From Thermoactinomyces sp. DSM 45891 (lineage in GTDB: Bacteria > Bacillota > Bacilli > Thermoactinomycetales > Thermoactinomycetaceae), in contig NZ_FPJZ01000006.1 in the NCBI RefSeq assembly GCF_900119485.1, positions 91,263-123,262 of the forward strand: a stretch of DNA of 32,000 bases. The letters run 5' to 3'. The notes beneath the pieces are model-generated. The model was not told the DNA's origin. It was given only the letters and a program-made list of their open reading frames with translations, and did no database searches. A program made the translations under genes and the position numbers. Of the stretch, positions 1 to 9,663 are shown one piece after another (position 1 is the stretch's first letter; each line of letters opens with the position of its first letter).

Positions 1-107
1 ATGTGGAAACGTCCTTTCAATACCCGATAGGTATCTAAGATAACACCTAAACAAAAGCCAGAACCTAGCATGAGAAGCATGGTCAGATACTGAGTATGTA
101 GTGTCAC
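1..107 (-). CDS. yabQ: Spore morphogenesis membrane protein YabQ, N-terminal part only (gene runs off the left edge)
   Basis: Truncated, so absent from the ORF track. The reverse strand from GTG at 107 reads VTLHTQYLTMLLMLGSGFCLGVILDTYRVLKGRFH. This is hydrophobic and resembles the B. subtilis YabQ N-terminus as I remember it. The GTG overlaps the yabP TGA stop as GTGA, and yabP-yabQ is the canonical order. Confidence 0.7.
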   Translation of the reverse strand, partial: MTLHTQYLTMLLMLGSGFCLGVILDTYRVLKGRFH

Positions 108-388
108 TTAAATAACCTGCCTAACAAGTTTTTTTGCCGTTCGGACGGGAGCGCACTAGCATCTAGATAACTAATATCATCAAACTGCCCTTCAATCACT
201 ACTATTCCAGACATGAGGTCTAGGTTTTTGATATGAAGTTCACGCCCTCGGATTCCCAAGTAACCGCAATCCGTCCCCAGCAAAAATTCCTCGCTATCAA
301 AGCTTTCTACACCCACTACTCCGCTCACTTCAAGCATGTTTCGATTCTTACAGATAATTTCATGAGGTCGCTGTCTTCGTTCCTCCAT
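104..388 (-). CDS. yabP: Sporulation protein YabP
   Basis: The 94-aa ORF contains NMLEVSGVVGVESFDSEEFLLGTDCGYLGIRGRELHIKNLD, the typical YabP core. An AAAGGGGG SD lies upstream. It sits between yabO and yabQ as in Bacillus. Confidence 0.9.
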   Translation of the reverse strand: MEERRQRPHEIICKNRNMLEVSGVVGVESFDSEEFLLGTDCGYLGIRGRELHIKNLDLMSGIVVIEGQFDDISYLDASALPSERQKNLLGRLFK

Positions 389-434
389 CTAACACGCCCC
401 CTTTATGGTACATATTATGGGGGGGAGGACAAGA

Positions 435-731
435 TTAGAACTCGTCTTCTCCTTCAGTATCAACCCTGCTGGAATCAGTTACTTGTTCTTCTTTGGCGAT
501 CTCATACATGGTATCTGCTTCTTCTTTCCTCACATGGTCAAGCAAGCGCAGTACATTTGCTGTCACGACTTTTTGGCCAAAACGAATAGATATTTCATCC
601 CCTACAGCCACTACCGTCCCTGCTTTCACCACTTTTCCGTTTACTTTCACCCGTCCTTGATCGCATACCTCTTTGGCTAATGTTCTTCTCTTAACCAAAC
701 GAGATACTTTTAAAAACTTATCTAAACGCAT
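435..731 (-). CDS. yabO: S4-domain RNA-binding protein YabO (RqcP-type), with an acidic C-terminal tail
   Basis: MRLDKFLKVSRLVKRRTLAKEVCDQGRVKVNGKVVKAG is a classic S4 (Hsp15-like) motif. The gene lies directly downstream of mazG/yabN. Confidence 0.85.
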   Translation of the reverse strand: MRLDKFLKVSRLVKRRTLAKEVCDQGRVKVNGKVVKAGTVVAVGDEISIRFGQKVVTANVLRLLDHVRKEEADTMYEIAKEEQVTDSSRVDTEGEDEF

Positions 732-838
732 CTATATGTCTCCCCTATGTTCGTCTTTCGCATGTGCAAAGGGATAACAGAGTTTTTCTGTTTACCCACT
801 TAAAATCCTGCCAAACATGCGTTTGGTATAGTGATCGA

Positions 839-2302
839 TCATCTAACATTTTTCGCCTCATCCCACCAGGAATCCAGCTGTTCCATCGATATCTCTTGAA
901 TAGACTTCCCTAACTCATTTGCTTTTTCTTCCAAATAAGAAAACCGATACAGGAATTTTTGATTCGCGCGAATCAGTGCTTGTTCTGGATCAACTTTCAA
1001 CCATCTCGCCAGCGAGCCGATTGCAAATAACAAATCTCCCAATTCTTCTTCCCGCTCAACCTGATTCTGTGCTTGTGCCACCTCTGCCAATTCCTCACGC
1101 ACTTTTGCTAAAACACCTTCGACGGAATCCCAATCAAAACCGATCTTAGCCGCTTTTTTCTGCATCTCAAATGACTTTAAAAGGGTTGGATACTCTTTTG
1201 GGACTCCTGACAAGATAGACTCATCTTCTTGTCCATATTCCCCGCGTTCCTGCTTTTTAATCTCCTGCCAGTTCGAAATCACTTGATCCGAATCCGTTAC
1301 TTCCGTTTCTCCAAAAACATGTGGATGCCGTCGAATCATTTTTTCTGTTAGATTCTCAATCACATCACGAATGTCAAACGTTCCTTCATCTCGTCCGATT
1401 TGGGCATGAAGGAGTACCTGAAGCAAGACATCCCCTAGCTCATCCGCTAATGAATCCTCATCTCCATTATTAATCGCTTCAATCGCTTCATATGCTTCCT
1501 CAACCAAATAAGGGCGTAAACTCTCATGTGTCTGTTTACGATCCCAAGGGCAGCCATCAGGGCCACGCAACGTTTCAATCACTTCCACCAAATAATCAAA
1601 CTGTCTGTATAACGAACTCTCTTGAAGTACAGGCGGTACATATACCGTTGATAAATCCGTAAACAGATCCGCATGGTCTAATTCATAAAGAGGAACTTCC
1701 ACGATCTTTTCTAAACTCGGAATCCCTAGAGCAGTACCGATTATAACATTGTAATCTGCTGGATACACCTCCATAAGACTTAACTTCACATCAGAAGCAA
1801 TCAATCGGTCATATACTTGTCCAATCAAGATATGCATACGCGGATTCAATTGAGGTGCTTGCAAATCATTACCGTCCACCATTTGAAATCCTTCGATCGG
1901 GTCAATTTGTAGCCTTGCAAAAGCGGCATCTAAGAAGCTCCCGCCACCTATGATTTCGACTTCCATTTCTGACTCCGTTTGCTCTTTTAACAAGATCTGA
2001 ACCGTACGCTCCGCAACCATCGGATGCCCCGGAACGGCATACACCACTTGCTGATGCTCTTTCGCTAATCCGAGTAATTGGAATGCGATTTCTTCATACA
2101 CTTTGTCAAATTGATGATGCTCTTCATACACCCTATCAAACGAATGAAAGGGAACTCCTTGGTTCTTCATCCAGTCCACCACTGGATGTTTTTCGGTTCG
2201 GAGCCAAATCACAGGAGCATTCTGTAATAAATTCCATGTCCCGAGGTTTAAGCTCGTTTCATCCCCAAATCCTAAACCTACGATTGTAATTGTTTGTTTC
2301 AT
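839..2302 (-). CDS. mazG: YabN/MazG fusion protein: tetrapyrrole-methylase-like N-domain plus MazG nucleoside triphosphate pyrophosphohydrolase C-domain
   Basis: The N-terminus has ITIVGLGFGD and VYAVPGHPMVAE (methylase-like fold). The C-half has a MazG signature (CPWDRKQTHESLRPYLVEEAYE, ELGDVLLQV, a second ELGDLLF). I moved the start to ATG 2302 (MKQTITIV) because AAGGTGG lies 8 nt upstream. The track ORF extends to 2314. Confidence 0.9.
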   Translation of the reverse strand: MKQTITIVGLGFGDETSLNLGTWNLLQNAPVIWLRTEKHPVVDWMKNQGVPFHSFDRVYEEHHQFDKVYEEIAFQLLGLAKEHQQVVYAVPGHPMVAERTVQILLKEQTESEMEVEIIGGGSFLDAAFARLQIDPIEGFQMVDGNDLQAPQLNPRMHILIGQVYDRLIASDVKLSLMEVYPADYNVIIGTALGIPSLEKIVEVPLYELDHADLFTDLSTVYVPPVLQESSLYRQFDYLVEVIETLRGPDGCPWDRKQTHESLRPYLVEEAYEAIEAINNGDEDSLADELGDVLLQVLLHAQIGRDEGTFDIRDVIENLTEKMIRRHPHVFGETEVTDSDQVISNWQEIKKQERGEYGQEDESILSGVPKEYPTLLKSFEMQKKAAKIGFDWDSVEGVLAKVREELAEVAQAQNQVEREEELGDLLFAIGSLARWLKVDPEQALIRANQKFLYRFSYLEEKANELGKSIQEISMEQLDSWWDEAKNVR

Positions 2303-2317
2303 CACCCACACCACCTT

Positions 2318-3919
2318 TTATCTTCTCAGCCAACGAAATTTATGAACCATTGATTGCAGTTTTGGAAGTTGTTCCAAGTCCTCATCTGGAATCAGATGAA
2401 AACGAAACAGCGCAAAGATATAGACTAAGACACCTACTATTACAGTAACCAAGGAGATAATCGTCATGCTCATACGGCTATGAGCCTCACCAAATCCCCA
2501 GCGCAGGATCTCGAGGACTCCCTTCGTGCTGACAACTAAGAGGAGAATCGTGAGCACACTGTTCCAAATCTGAGTTCCTTTGTTACCCATTTTACCAGCA
2601 AACTGCTGCAGGCAGGCTCGTAGAGTCAAATAAGTAGAAAGCGCATAAGCCAGCACCGAAGCGCAAGCTGCCCCTTCGATCCCCATTTGAGGAATCAAAC
2701 TATAATTCAATCCGATCTTCAAAATCGAACCAAAAAATAAGAAAAGAACGGGTAGGTACAGCTTACCGAAACCCTGAAGGATCCCAACTGATGTAACCCC
2801 TAATGTAGAGAAAAAGGCAGAAAAAGCTAGTATCGCAAGGGCAGTAGAGCCCGCGGAATCCTCAAATAGCATCACATTTACCGGCTCTGCTATAATGAAC
2901 AATCCGATAGAAGCAGGTAATCCTAACAACCACGTAACCCGTAGTGCTAAGCGAGCCCGTTTCTCCGCCTTCTTCTCCTCACCGCGTGCCCTCAGATTCG
3001 CTATCGATGGCACAAGCGATAATGAAATAGCAGCCGCGAAAAAAGAAGCGAATTGAATGAGAGGTTGTCCACGATCGTAAATCCCTTTCTGAGCAATCGC
3101 AAAGGCTTCCCCCTTCTCTTGTTCCAAAATGTTAGCCACTGTAAAGGAATCCACTAATTGATATAGCGGTAACACCAATGATCCCAGACAAATCGGAAAC
3201 GCAATCAGAAAAACCTCTCTTAACACCTCACGCTTTCCTTTTGCGAGCGATCTCATTTTAACGCCTACTCCCGCTGTCCGTTCAATCCCCTTCTTTTTCA
3301 TATAGACCAAAAGGACAATAAAACCTGCTACTGCACCCGTAAAAGAACCAAACACAGCACCAGCTCCTGCATAAACAGGACCATACCCTAGCTCAATCAT
3401 CAGGTAAGAAAGAATCAAAATCGTAAAAACACGCACAAATTGCTCAATCACTTGTGAGATAGCTGTTGGCATCATATCTTGATAACCTTGAAAATACCCT
3501 CTTGCCGCAGCCATTACAGGGATTATCAACAATGCAAACGAAACCGTTTCGATCGGCAGAGTCAGCATTGCTTCATTCCCCATCCACTGTGCAAACCAAG
3601 GCGCCCCAAAAAATAAAAGGGAAAAAAAGAACACACCTGTTATGAGCAAACCAATGGACGATACATAATATACTTGCTTAGCACCTGCTTCGTCCCCTAC
3701 CGCAACCCGCTCTGATACCACCTTCGAGATCGCAAGCGGAAATCCAGCAGTCGCCAATATAATCAAAGTGCTAAATAACGGATACACTTGCTGGTACACG
3801 TACATGCCTTCGTTACCTGTAATGTTTTGATACGGAATCCGATATATAGCCCCTAATATCTTACAAGCAAGCCCCGCTAATCCTAGAATCGTAGCTCCTT
3901 TGATAAATGACTTCTCCAC
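2318..3919 (-). CDS. yabM: MOP/MurJ-superfamily polysaccharide or lipid II flippase-like membrane protein (YabM/SpoVB family)
   Basis: 533 aa, polytopic and hydrophobic throughout. Length and position between spoVT and yabN match B. subtilis yabM. Confidence 0.8.
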   Translation of the reverse strand: MEKSFIKGATILGLAGLACKILGAIYRIPYQNITGNEGMYVYQQVYPLFSTLIILATAGFPLAISKVVSERVAVGDEAGAKQVYYVSSIGLLITGVFFFSLLFFGAPWFAQWMGNEAMLTLPIETVSFALLIIPVMAAARGYFQGYQDMMPTAISQVIEQFVRVFTILILSYLMIELGYGPVYAGAGAVFGSFTGAVAGFIVLLVYMKKKGIERTAGVGVKMRSLAKGKREVLREVFLIAFPICLGSLVLPLYQLVDSFTVANILEQEKGEAFAIAQKGIYDRGQPLIQFASFFAAAISLSLVPSIANLRARGEEKKAEKRARLALRVTWLLGLPASIGLFIIAEPVNVMLFEDSAGSTALAILAFSAFFSTLGVTSVGILQGFGKLYLPVLFLFFGSILKIGLNYSLIPQMGIEGAACASVLAYALSTYLTLRACLQQFAGKMGNKGTQIWNSVLTILLLVVSTKGVLEILRWGFGEAHSRMSMTIISLVTVIVGVLVYIFALFRFHLIPDEDLEQLPKLQSMVHKFRWLRR

Positions 3920-3963
3920 AATCTCCGCTCCGCCTTTCCTTGTACATGCCCTCCATTATACAC

Positions 3964-3995
3964 AAAAAAACACCCTATCCGTTTAGATAAGGGCG
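3964..3995 (-). terminator. Intrinsic terminator downstream of spoVT
   Basis: The minus-strand RNA is CGCCCUUAUC-UAAACG-GAUAGGGUG followed by UUUUUUU. It lies between the spoVT stop (4007) and the yabM start (3919). Confidence 0.6.
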
Positions 3996-4006
3996 TTTCT
4001 CCAATC

Positions 4007-4549
4007 CTATTGTTCCATTTGCTTCCCAAGAAATGATGCGGCAGTACCTGCTAATTTCGCTTCCATATCACCAATCCTTGTACCATCCTTCTTGGAGATT
4101 AGAATCACGGCTCCAATGGGATCACCACCTGCAATAATAGGGACGATAATATAAGATTGATATTCTTCGGGACTCCCTTTTAAAATTTCGGCTGTACTTT
4201 GTGAAGTATCTGATTGAGGGCGGCGGTGTTCCATCGCTAACTCCACTATTTCACCTATAGGCTTCTCCAAATATTCTTTTTTGGATGCTCCCGCTACTGC
4301 AATCACATTATCTCGATCACAGATAAGCGTAGTATGTTGCAAGTTTTCATACAAAGCTTCTGTATACTCTTGTGCAAAGTTACTAAGTTCACCGATGGGT
4401 GAGTATTTTTTTAAAATTACCTCTCCATCACGATCGACGAATATTTCCAAAGGATCTCCTTCACGGATTCGAAGGGTACGGCGTATTTCCTTGGGAATAA
4501 CCACACGCCCGAGATCATCGATCCGGCGAACGATGCCGGTTGCTTTCAT
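4007..4549 (-). CDS. spoVT: Stage V sporulation transcription regulator SpoVT (AbrB-type N-domain plus GAF-like C-domain)
   Basis: MKATGIVRRIDDLGRVVIPKEIRRTLRIREGDPLEIFVDRDGEVILKKYSP is the SpoVT/AbrB swapped-hairpin domain. The 180-aa length and the position after mfd also fit. Confidence 0.93.
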   Translation of the reverse strand: MKATGIVRRIDDLGRVVIPKEIRRTLRIREGDPLEIFVDRDGEVILKKYSPIGELSNFAQEYTEALYENLQHTTLICDRDNVIAVAGASKKEYLEKPIGEIVELAMEHRRPQSDTSQSTAEILKGSPEEYQSYIIVPIIAGGDPIGAVILISKKDGTRIGDMEAKLAGTAASFLGKQMEQ

Positions 4550-4613
4550 AGAAAATATTGCCTCTCTTTCCTATAAAGATTCAATCATTCCTTGACTTAC
4601 CATCTTACGACCA

Positions 4614-4643
4614 TAGTATGAGACTGCTTTCCATTATTTATTC
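4614..4643 (-). promoter_or_regulatory. Forespore sigma-G-type promoter for spoVT
   Basis: The minus strand reads GAATA-N18-CATACTA (GGAATAaataatggaaagcagtctCATACTA), matching the sigma-G consensus GnATR-N18-CATnnTA. It lies about 65 nt upstream of the spoVT ATG. spoVT is sigma-G dependent in B. subtilis. Confidence 0.55.
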
Positions 4644-4687
4644 CAAAAGGTTCAATGTATAAATACCAAAAAAGTGATTCTGTATAA

Positions 4688-4734
4688 ACAGAAAAACGCC
4701 TCCTAGAATCAAGTATCTAGAGGCGTTTCCTTTT
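4688..4734 (-). terminator. Intrinsic terminator after the PPIase lipoprotein gene
   Basis: The inverted repeat is aaacgcctcctaga / tctagaggcgttt (13 bp with one bulge, 8-nt loop), with a U-rich run on the minus-strand RNA (UUUUUCUGUUU). Confidence 0.6.
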
Positions 4735-4787
4735 ATCTGCACAAAGGCTGTGAAACGGACATTTTTTTCTCTATTTGCGCAGATCCG

Positions 4788-5753
4788 TTATAAAATTTTT
4801 ACCTTAAAGTCTTTCATGAACTTATCCATAGCTGGCTGGGCGTACTGAGAACGTTGTTGTTCATCCTTAACATCTTTCAGCTTCTTGGTAGAACGCTCTG
4901 TTACTTTTATCACATGATAGCCGTAGTCTGTTTTGACTGGATCACTAATCTTGTTTAACGGGAGCGTTTCGACTGCCTTTTTAAACTCGGGTACAAATTG
5001 AGCCGGAGATCCTTCATAGGCACCTGCATTTTCCTTCGATCCTGGATCGTCGGAGTATTCCTTAGCAAGCGCTTTAAAATCTCCACCTTTTTCTAGCTTC
5101 TGCTTTACTTCTAAAGCACGTTTCTTCGCTTCTTCATCCGTTCTTTTCTTACCTTCTGGAAGCTCGAGACCAATCAAGATATGATTTAATTTAGCATCCT
5201 CATAGTCGTAGTTTTCATAGATAAACTCCGCACGTTGTCTACTTAATCCAAAGACTTCTTTTAAATCATCACGCGTGGTTCCTCGTTCTTTTAGGACTTC
5301 ATCGAATGTTTTTGCTTTACTACCAAATTGTTGATACATCTTTACGTAGTTTTCTTCATCTTTCTTAAAATCTTCTTCTGCTTTCTTCACAAACTCGCTT
5401 TTTTTGTTTGGATCTTTCTCAGATATAAATTGCAGGGCTGCATAGTCCTTCAGCATCTCTTCCTTTGCTTTCGGATCAGCCAATCCCTGAACGCTTTGAG
5501 GTTGCACAAAAGCAATCACGTTTAGGAAAGCATGAAACTTTCCTTCTACCACTTTCCCACCTTCGTACTCAGCAAGAATCTTGGGACTCTTGGTATCAAA
5601 AGGTTTAAACTCTGGAAGTTTCTGTTCTTGCCCCGTTGCATCCGGTTTCTTTTCCGTTTCTTTTTTAGACGTACACGCTGCTGCTAAAGATGATAAAACA
5701 AGTGCAAGAGCGATCATTCCTGCAATCCATCTACGCTTTCGGAACTGTGACAT
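4788..5753 (-). CDS. PrsA-like parvulin-type peptidyl-prolyl isomerase lipoprotein
   Basis: The signal peptide has a basic n-region and a lipobox (MSQFRKRRWIAGMIALALVLSSLAAAC). The C-terminal PpiC/parvulin motifs are SDDPGSKENAGAY and DYGYHVIKV. A GAGGGG SD lies 9 nt upstream of the ATG. Confidence 0.8.
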   Translation of the reverse strand: MSQFRKRRWIAGMIALALVLSSLAAACTSKKETEKKPDATGQEQKLPEFKPFDTKSPKILAEYEGGKVVEGKFHAFLNVIAFVQPQSVQGLADPKAKEEMLKDYAALQFISEKDPNKKSEFVKKAEEDFKKDEENYVKMYQQFGSKAKTFDEVLKERGTTRDDLKEVFGLSRQRAEFIYENYDYEDAKLNHILIGLELPEGKKRTDEEAKKRALEVKQKLEKGGDFKALAKEYSDDPGSKENAGAYEGSPAQFVPEFKKAVETLPLNKISDPVKTDYGYHVIKVTERSTKKLKDVKDEQQRSQYAQPAMDKFMKDFKVKIL

Positions 5754-8700
5754 TCGATTCGGCCCCTCTCATTTTAGGTACTGTCTCATATTGTATCAGA
5801 AACTGTTCAATCATTTCTAGAACGGCACGAGTAGACAGACCTGCCATCTTAAATGTTATCCCAATCTTTTGCCCTGCCGCAAGCCGAATTCTACCTGGAA
5901 AGTTTTGGGCGATCTTAAATAACTTTTGTCCATCGATTCGTTGATTCTCTGCTTCCCGTAATCGCAAGGTGATTTCTGTACCTTTTTGCTCGATGCTCTC
6001 CATCCCATACTGAATCGCATAAGCGCGGATTTTGGCCACTTTAAGCAGGTTTTGTACAGGTTCAGGCAAATCACCAAAGCGATCTTCCATCTCCTCTTCT
6101 AACTCTACCACTGCGACCCGTTCTGTAACAGCACGGATCTTTTTATATAACTCAATTTTTTGTTTCTCATCCCGAATGTAATCGGAAGGCAGATACGCAT
6201 CTACACTCATCTCTATTTGAATCTCTTTTTCTTCAACCGGAGTCTTCCCTTGAATTTCAGCGACAGCTTCTTTTAGCATCTGGCTATACAGTTCAAAACC
6301 AACCGTAGCAATGTGTCCGTGCTGTTCAGCCCCGAGCAAATTCCCTGCACCACGAATCGAAAGATCTCGCATCGCAATCTTAAATCCAGACCCAAGCTCT
6401 GTAAACTCTTTAATCGCTTGTAGACGTTTTTCAGCGGTTTCCGACAAAATTTTATCCCTCTGGTACGTGAAATAGGCATACGCAATCCGATTGGAACGAC
6501 CCACACGCCCACGTAACTGGTACAACTGCGATAGCCCCATCTTATCTGCATCATGAATGATAAGCGTATTCACATTTGGAATATCGACTCCTGTCTCAAT
6601 AATAGTCGTGCTCACCAAGACATCGTACTCACCATCTAGGAAGTCAAGCATCGTTTTTTCTAGCTCATTTTCATTCATCTGGCCATGAGCGATCGCCACT
6701 CGTGCTTCTGGCACTAACATGCGAATCTGTTCAGCCATCTGGTCGATATTGTGAACTTGATTATATAAGAAATACACCTGTCCATCGCGCGCCATCTCAC
6801 GCTCAATCGCTTCCCGTACTAAGGCACCTGAATACTCCAATACATAGGTCTGCACAGGAAACCGGTTCTCTGGCGGAGTTTCAATCACAGAGAGATCCCT
6901 TACCCCCATCATCGCCATATGGAGTGTACGAGGAATCGGGGTAGCTGTAAGGGTTAAGACATCAATATTATGTTTAAGTTGCTTAATCTTTTCCTTGTGT
7001 TTAACACCGAATCGTTGTTCTTCATCAATAATAAGAAGTCCGAGATCTTTGTACTGAATCTCTTTAGAGAGTAGTCGATGCGTTCCAATGACGATGTCGA
7101 CGATTCCATTTTTCAAACCGTCCAATGTCTCTTTCTGTTCCTTCCGTGAACGAAAACGACTCATCACACGAACTTGCACGGGGAAATCAGCAAATCGCTC
7201 TCGAAACGTTTCATAGTGTTGTTGTGCCAAAATCGTCGTCGGAACAAGTAAAGCCACCTGTTTCCCATCCATTGCCGCCTTAAAAGCCGCCCGCACTGCC
7301 ACTTCTGTCTTCCCATAACCCACATCCCCACACAAAAGCCGATCCATTGATTGACTGCTTTGCATATCCTTTTTAATCTCTTCGATGGAGCGCAGTTGGT
7401 CAGGCGTCTCTTCATAAGGGAACATCGCTTCAAAATCCCGTTGTAACGATGAGTCTTTAGGAAAAGAATATCCTTTTGCTTCTTGACGTTGAGCATATAA
7501 CTCGATTAAATCCTGCGCGATATCTTGCACAGACGTACGAACTTTATTCTTTACCTTGCTCCATTCACTACCACCTAAGCTATATACCTTAGGTGCTTTT
7601 TCTTCTGCACCTACATACTTTTGAACTAAATCAATCTGTTCAACAGGTACATAGAGCTTATCATTACTCGCGTATTGAATATGGAGATAATCTTTATGAA
7701 GTCCGCCCACATTTAGCGTTTCAATCCCTATATAGCGACCGATACCGTGATTAACATGTACAACATAATCACCAGGCTTTAAATCCTGATAATCCTTAAT
7801 TTTTTCAGCATGATCCAGCTTAGTCGATCGACGAGGACGCCGTTGTTTTTGAGTAAACACTTCACTCTCTGTAATCACGACAACTCGCATCGAACCCAGT
7901 TCAAACCCGCTTTGGAGGGCATGCAAACGAACAACCGGCTTACCTGGCAAAGGGGGTTGTTCTGAATTATCCCGGTGCACATCCATTCCATAATCAGAGA
8001 GAACTCGTTCCAATCGATCAAGACGCTCTCCACTACTTGCAGTAAAAATGACTCGATAATTCGCTTTGACAAACCGGTCCCATTCTGCCTTCAAAACATG
8101 CATCTGACCATGGAATTGTTGCATCCCTTTACAAAGAAATTGGACGATGTTTTGAGGTTGTGCACTTGGAATCTGCCTCATAAATAGAGAGAGATACACT
8201 CTGGAATGCTTCGTATGCGAAACCACTTCTTCAAATGAAAGCGAAACTTTTAACTGTGGCAGAAACTCTCCTTGTTGCAGTAAAGCCGTTTGCCATTCTC
8301 CTTCTTCACGCTCCATCTGACGAGCGCTTTCGCCAATCCTCATCGGTTCATCTAAAACAATACATGTATCCGCAGGCATATAATCGATTAAACTATGGTA
8401 GTCTGGGTATATCTGCGAAATATACTTATAAATCCCCGTCACCATCATCCCTTGACGAAGTTGTTCTACATCCCAACCGATCTGCTCCTTCAATTTCTCA
8501 CGTAACGTTTCATCTTGAACTTTTTTCAATCGCGCTTGTAATATCTCTTCTACTCGTTCAGCGGACTGCTTCAATATATCTTGGCTAGCAAAGAGCTCAC
8601 GGGCAGGAGGAACCGTAATCGCATTTACCTTATCAACAGATCGTTGTGAGCTTACATGAAACGTACGGATCGAGTCCACTTCATCATCAAACCACTCGAT

Positions 8701-9279
8701 CCGAACGGGATCTACAAAAGGTACAGGATAGATATCCACAATTCCACCACGAACACTAAATTCCCCACGCTTTTCTACCAACTCAACGCGTTCATAACCT
8801 AAATTCACCAATCGCTCCACTAACGGATCGATCGGCAAATTTGCCCCCACTCCTATCTCGATATGACTTCTTTCAAAAAGCTTTTTCGAGGGGAATAATT
8901 TCCGAAGTCCCGAGAAAGGAACCACTAATACTCCGCGAAACCTTTTCGAAAGTTTTGATAATACATCAATCCGTTCAGGCAGTGTATCATGACTTGCCAA
9001 CGCAATTTCCGTTGTCACCAATTCATTTGCTGGATACAAGAGAACTTCATCTTTTGGTAGTAGCTCTTGAAGGTCTTCCACCATTTTTTGCGCTTGATTC
9101 AAATTATGCGCAACCAAAAGAAGCGGACGTTTCGTCTTTTGGTAGAGCGCCGCTATGTATACACAACGTGCCGTTCCCGTTAATCCAGTTACCAGCTGTT
9201 CTCTAAAGCCCTGTTCCAGTCCAGCTACGGTTGACTGGAAATCTCGATCTTGTTCCATCAGATAGACGAGCGGTCCCAC
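5731..9279 (-). CDS. mfd: Transcription-repair coupling factor Mfd
   Basis: About 1180 aa. It has a UvrB-homology N-terminus and a CarD-like region (GDYVVHVNHGIGRY). The superfamily-2 helicase motifs are GDVGYGKTEVA, DEEQRFGV, LTATPIPRTL and QLRGRVGRS. The track ORF starts at 9294. I prefer the in-frame GTG at 9279 (GGAGG 6 nt upstream); ATG 9258 is an alternative. Confidence 0.95.
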   Translation of the reverse strand: MGPLVYLMEQDRDFQSTVAGLEQGFREQLVTGLTGTARCVYIAALYQKTKRPLLLVAHNLNQAQKMVEDLQELLPKDEVLLYPANELVTTEIALASHDTLPERIDVLSKLSKRFRGVLVVPFSGLRKLFPSKKLFERSHIEIGVGANLPIDPLVERLVNLGYERVELVEKRGEFSVRGGIVDIYPVPFVDPVRIEWFDDEVDSIRTFHVSSQRSVDKVNAITVPPARELFASQDILKQSAERVEEILQARLKKVQDETLREKLKEQIGWDVEQLRQGMMVTGIYKYISQIYPDYHSLIDYMPADTCIVLDEPMRIGESARQMEREEGEWQTALLQQGEFLPQLKVSLSFEEVVSHTKHSRVYLSLFMRQIPSAQPQNIVQFLCKGMQQFHGQMHVLKAEWDRFVKANYRVIFTASSGERLDRLERVLSDYGMDVHRDNSEQPPLPGKPVVRLHALQSGFELGSMRVVVITESEVFTQKQRRPRRSTKLDHAEKIKDYQDLKPGDYVVHVNHGIGRYIGIETLNVGGLHKDYLHIQYASNDKLYVPVEQIDLVQKYVGAEEKAPKVYSLGGSEWSKVKNKVRTSVQDIAQDLIELYAQRQEAKGYSFPKDSSLQRDFEAMFPYEETPDQLRSIEEIKKDMQSSQSMDRLLCGDVGYGKTEVAVRAAFKAAMDGKQVALLVPTTILAQQHYETFRERFADFPVQVRVMSRFRSRKEQKETLDGLKNGIVDIVIGTHRLLSKEIQYKDLGLLIIDEEQRFGVKHKEKIKQLKHNIDVLTLTATPIPRTLHMAMMGVRDLSVIETPPENRFPVQTYVLEYSGALVREAIEREMARDGQVYFLYNQVHNIDQMAEQIRMLVPEARVAIAHGQMNENELEKTMLDFLDGEYDVLVSTTIIETGVDIPNVNTLIIHDADKMGLSQLYQLRGRVGRSNRIAYAYFTYQRDKILSETAEKRLQAIKEFTELGSGFKIAMRDLSIRGAGNLLGAEQHGHIATVGFELYSQMLKEAVAEIQGKTPVEEKEIQIEMSVDAYLPSDYIRDEKQKIELYKKIRAVTERVAVVELEEEMEDRFGDLPEPVQNLLKVAKIRAYAIQYGMESIEQKGTEITLRLREAENQRIDGQKLFKIAQNFPGRIRLAAGQKIGITFKMAGLSTRAVLEMIEQFLIQYETVPKMRGAESNVTVPKA

Positions 9280-9310
9280 AGTGTTCCTCCTCATATTCCA
9301 TCGAATCTAG

Positions 9311-9352
9311 AAAAAAGAAGCCTCAGCTTACAATCGCCAAGGCTATTTTTTT
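9311..9352 (-). terminator. Terminator-like hairpin after fin (bidirectional shape)
   Basis: The minus-strand RNA is AGCCUUGGC-GAUUGUAA-GCUGAGGCU (9 bp including 2 G-U pairs) followed by UCUUUUUU. The plus strand has an A-run before it and a T-run after it. Confidence 0.4.
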
Positions 9353-9398
9353 GGATTTATCTGAAAATCATTTCATGACCCCTAACCCCAGCCAGCCA

Positions 9399-9629
9399 TT
9401 AAGAATAGAGGTGGGGTAGCACGGTTCGTTCTGGATATTGGTCAAAAACCTGCTGACATGTGTCGCAGGTTACCCAAATCCGATTCGTACCATCTTCATC
9501 ATTGGTTATTATATCCTGCCATTCTTCTGGGGTCAACCGATCCAGTCCCAGTTGTACATCAGACACTTGGCTTTGCTCAAAGCGTCCTTGAACCAACTGA
9601 CAATGTGGGCAAACATATTCCCAAGCCAA
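9399..9629 (-). CDS. fin: Anti-sigma-F factor Fin (YabK), small zinc-ribbon protein
   Basis: The 76-aa ORF has CPHC near the N-terminus and CDTC near the C-terminus, and ends in YPERTVLPHLYS. It resembles B. subtilis Fin as remembered. The start codon is TTG (9627-9629), preceded by AAGGGGGAG at 6 nt. It sits between pth and mfd. Confidence 0.85.
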   Translation of the reverse strand: MAWEYVCPHCQLVQGRFEQSQVSDVQLGLDRLTPEEWQDIITNDEDGTNRIWVTCDTCQQVFDQYPERTVLPHLYS

Positions 9630-9663
9630 GTAGATCTCCCCCTTAAGGAAATCAATTTGGTCT

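Noticed and set aside
5856-8072. Same-strand out-of-frame ORFs inside mfd (5856-6077, 6273-6554, 7164-7496, 7875-8072)
   Set aside because: They are nested in alternative frames of a continuous, conserved 1180-aa helicase gene. There are no SDs and no signs of a frameshift in mfd.
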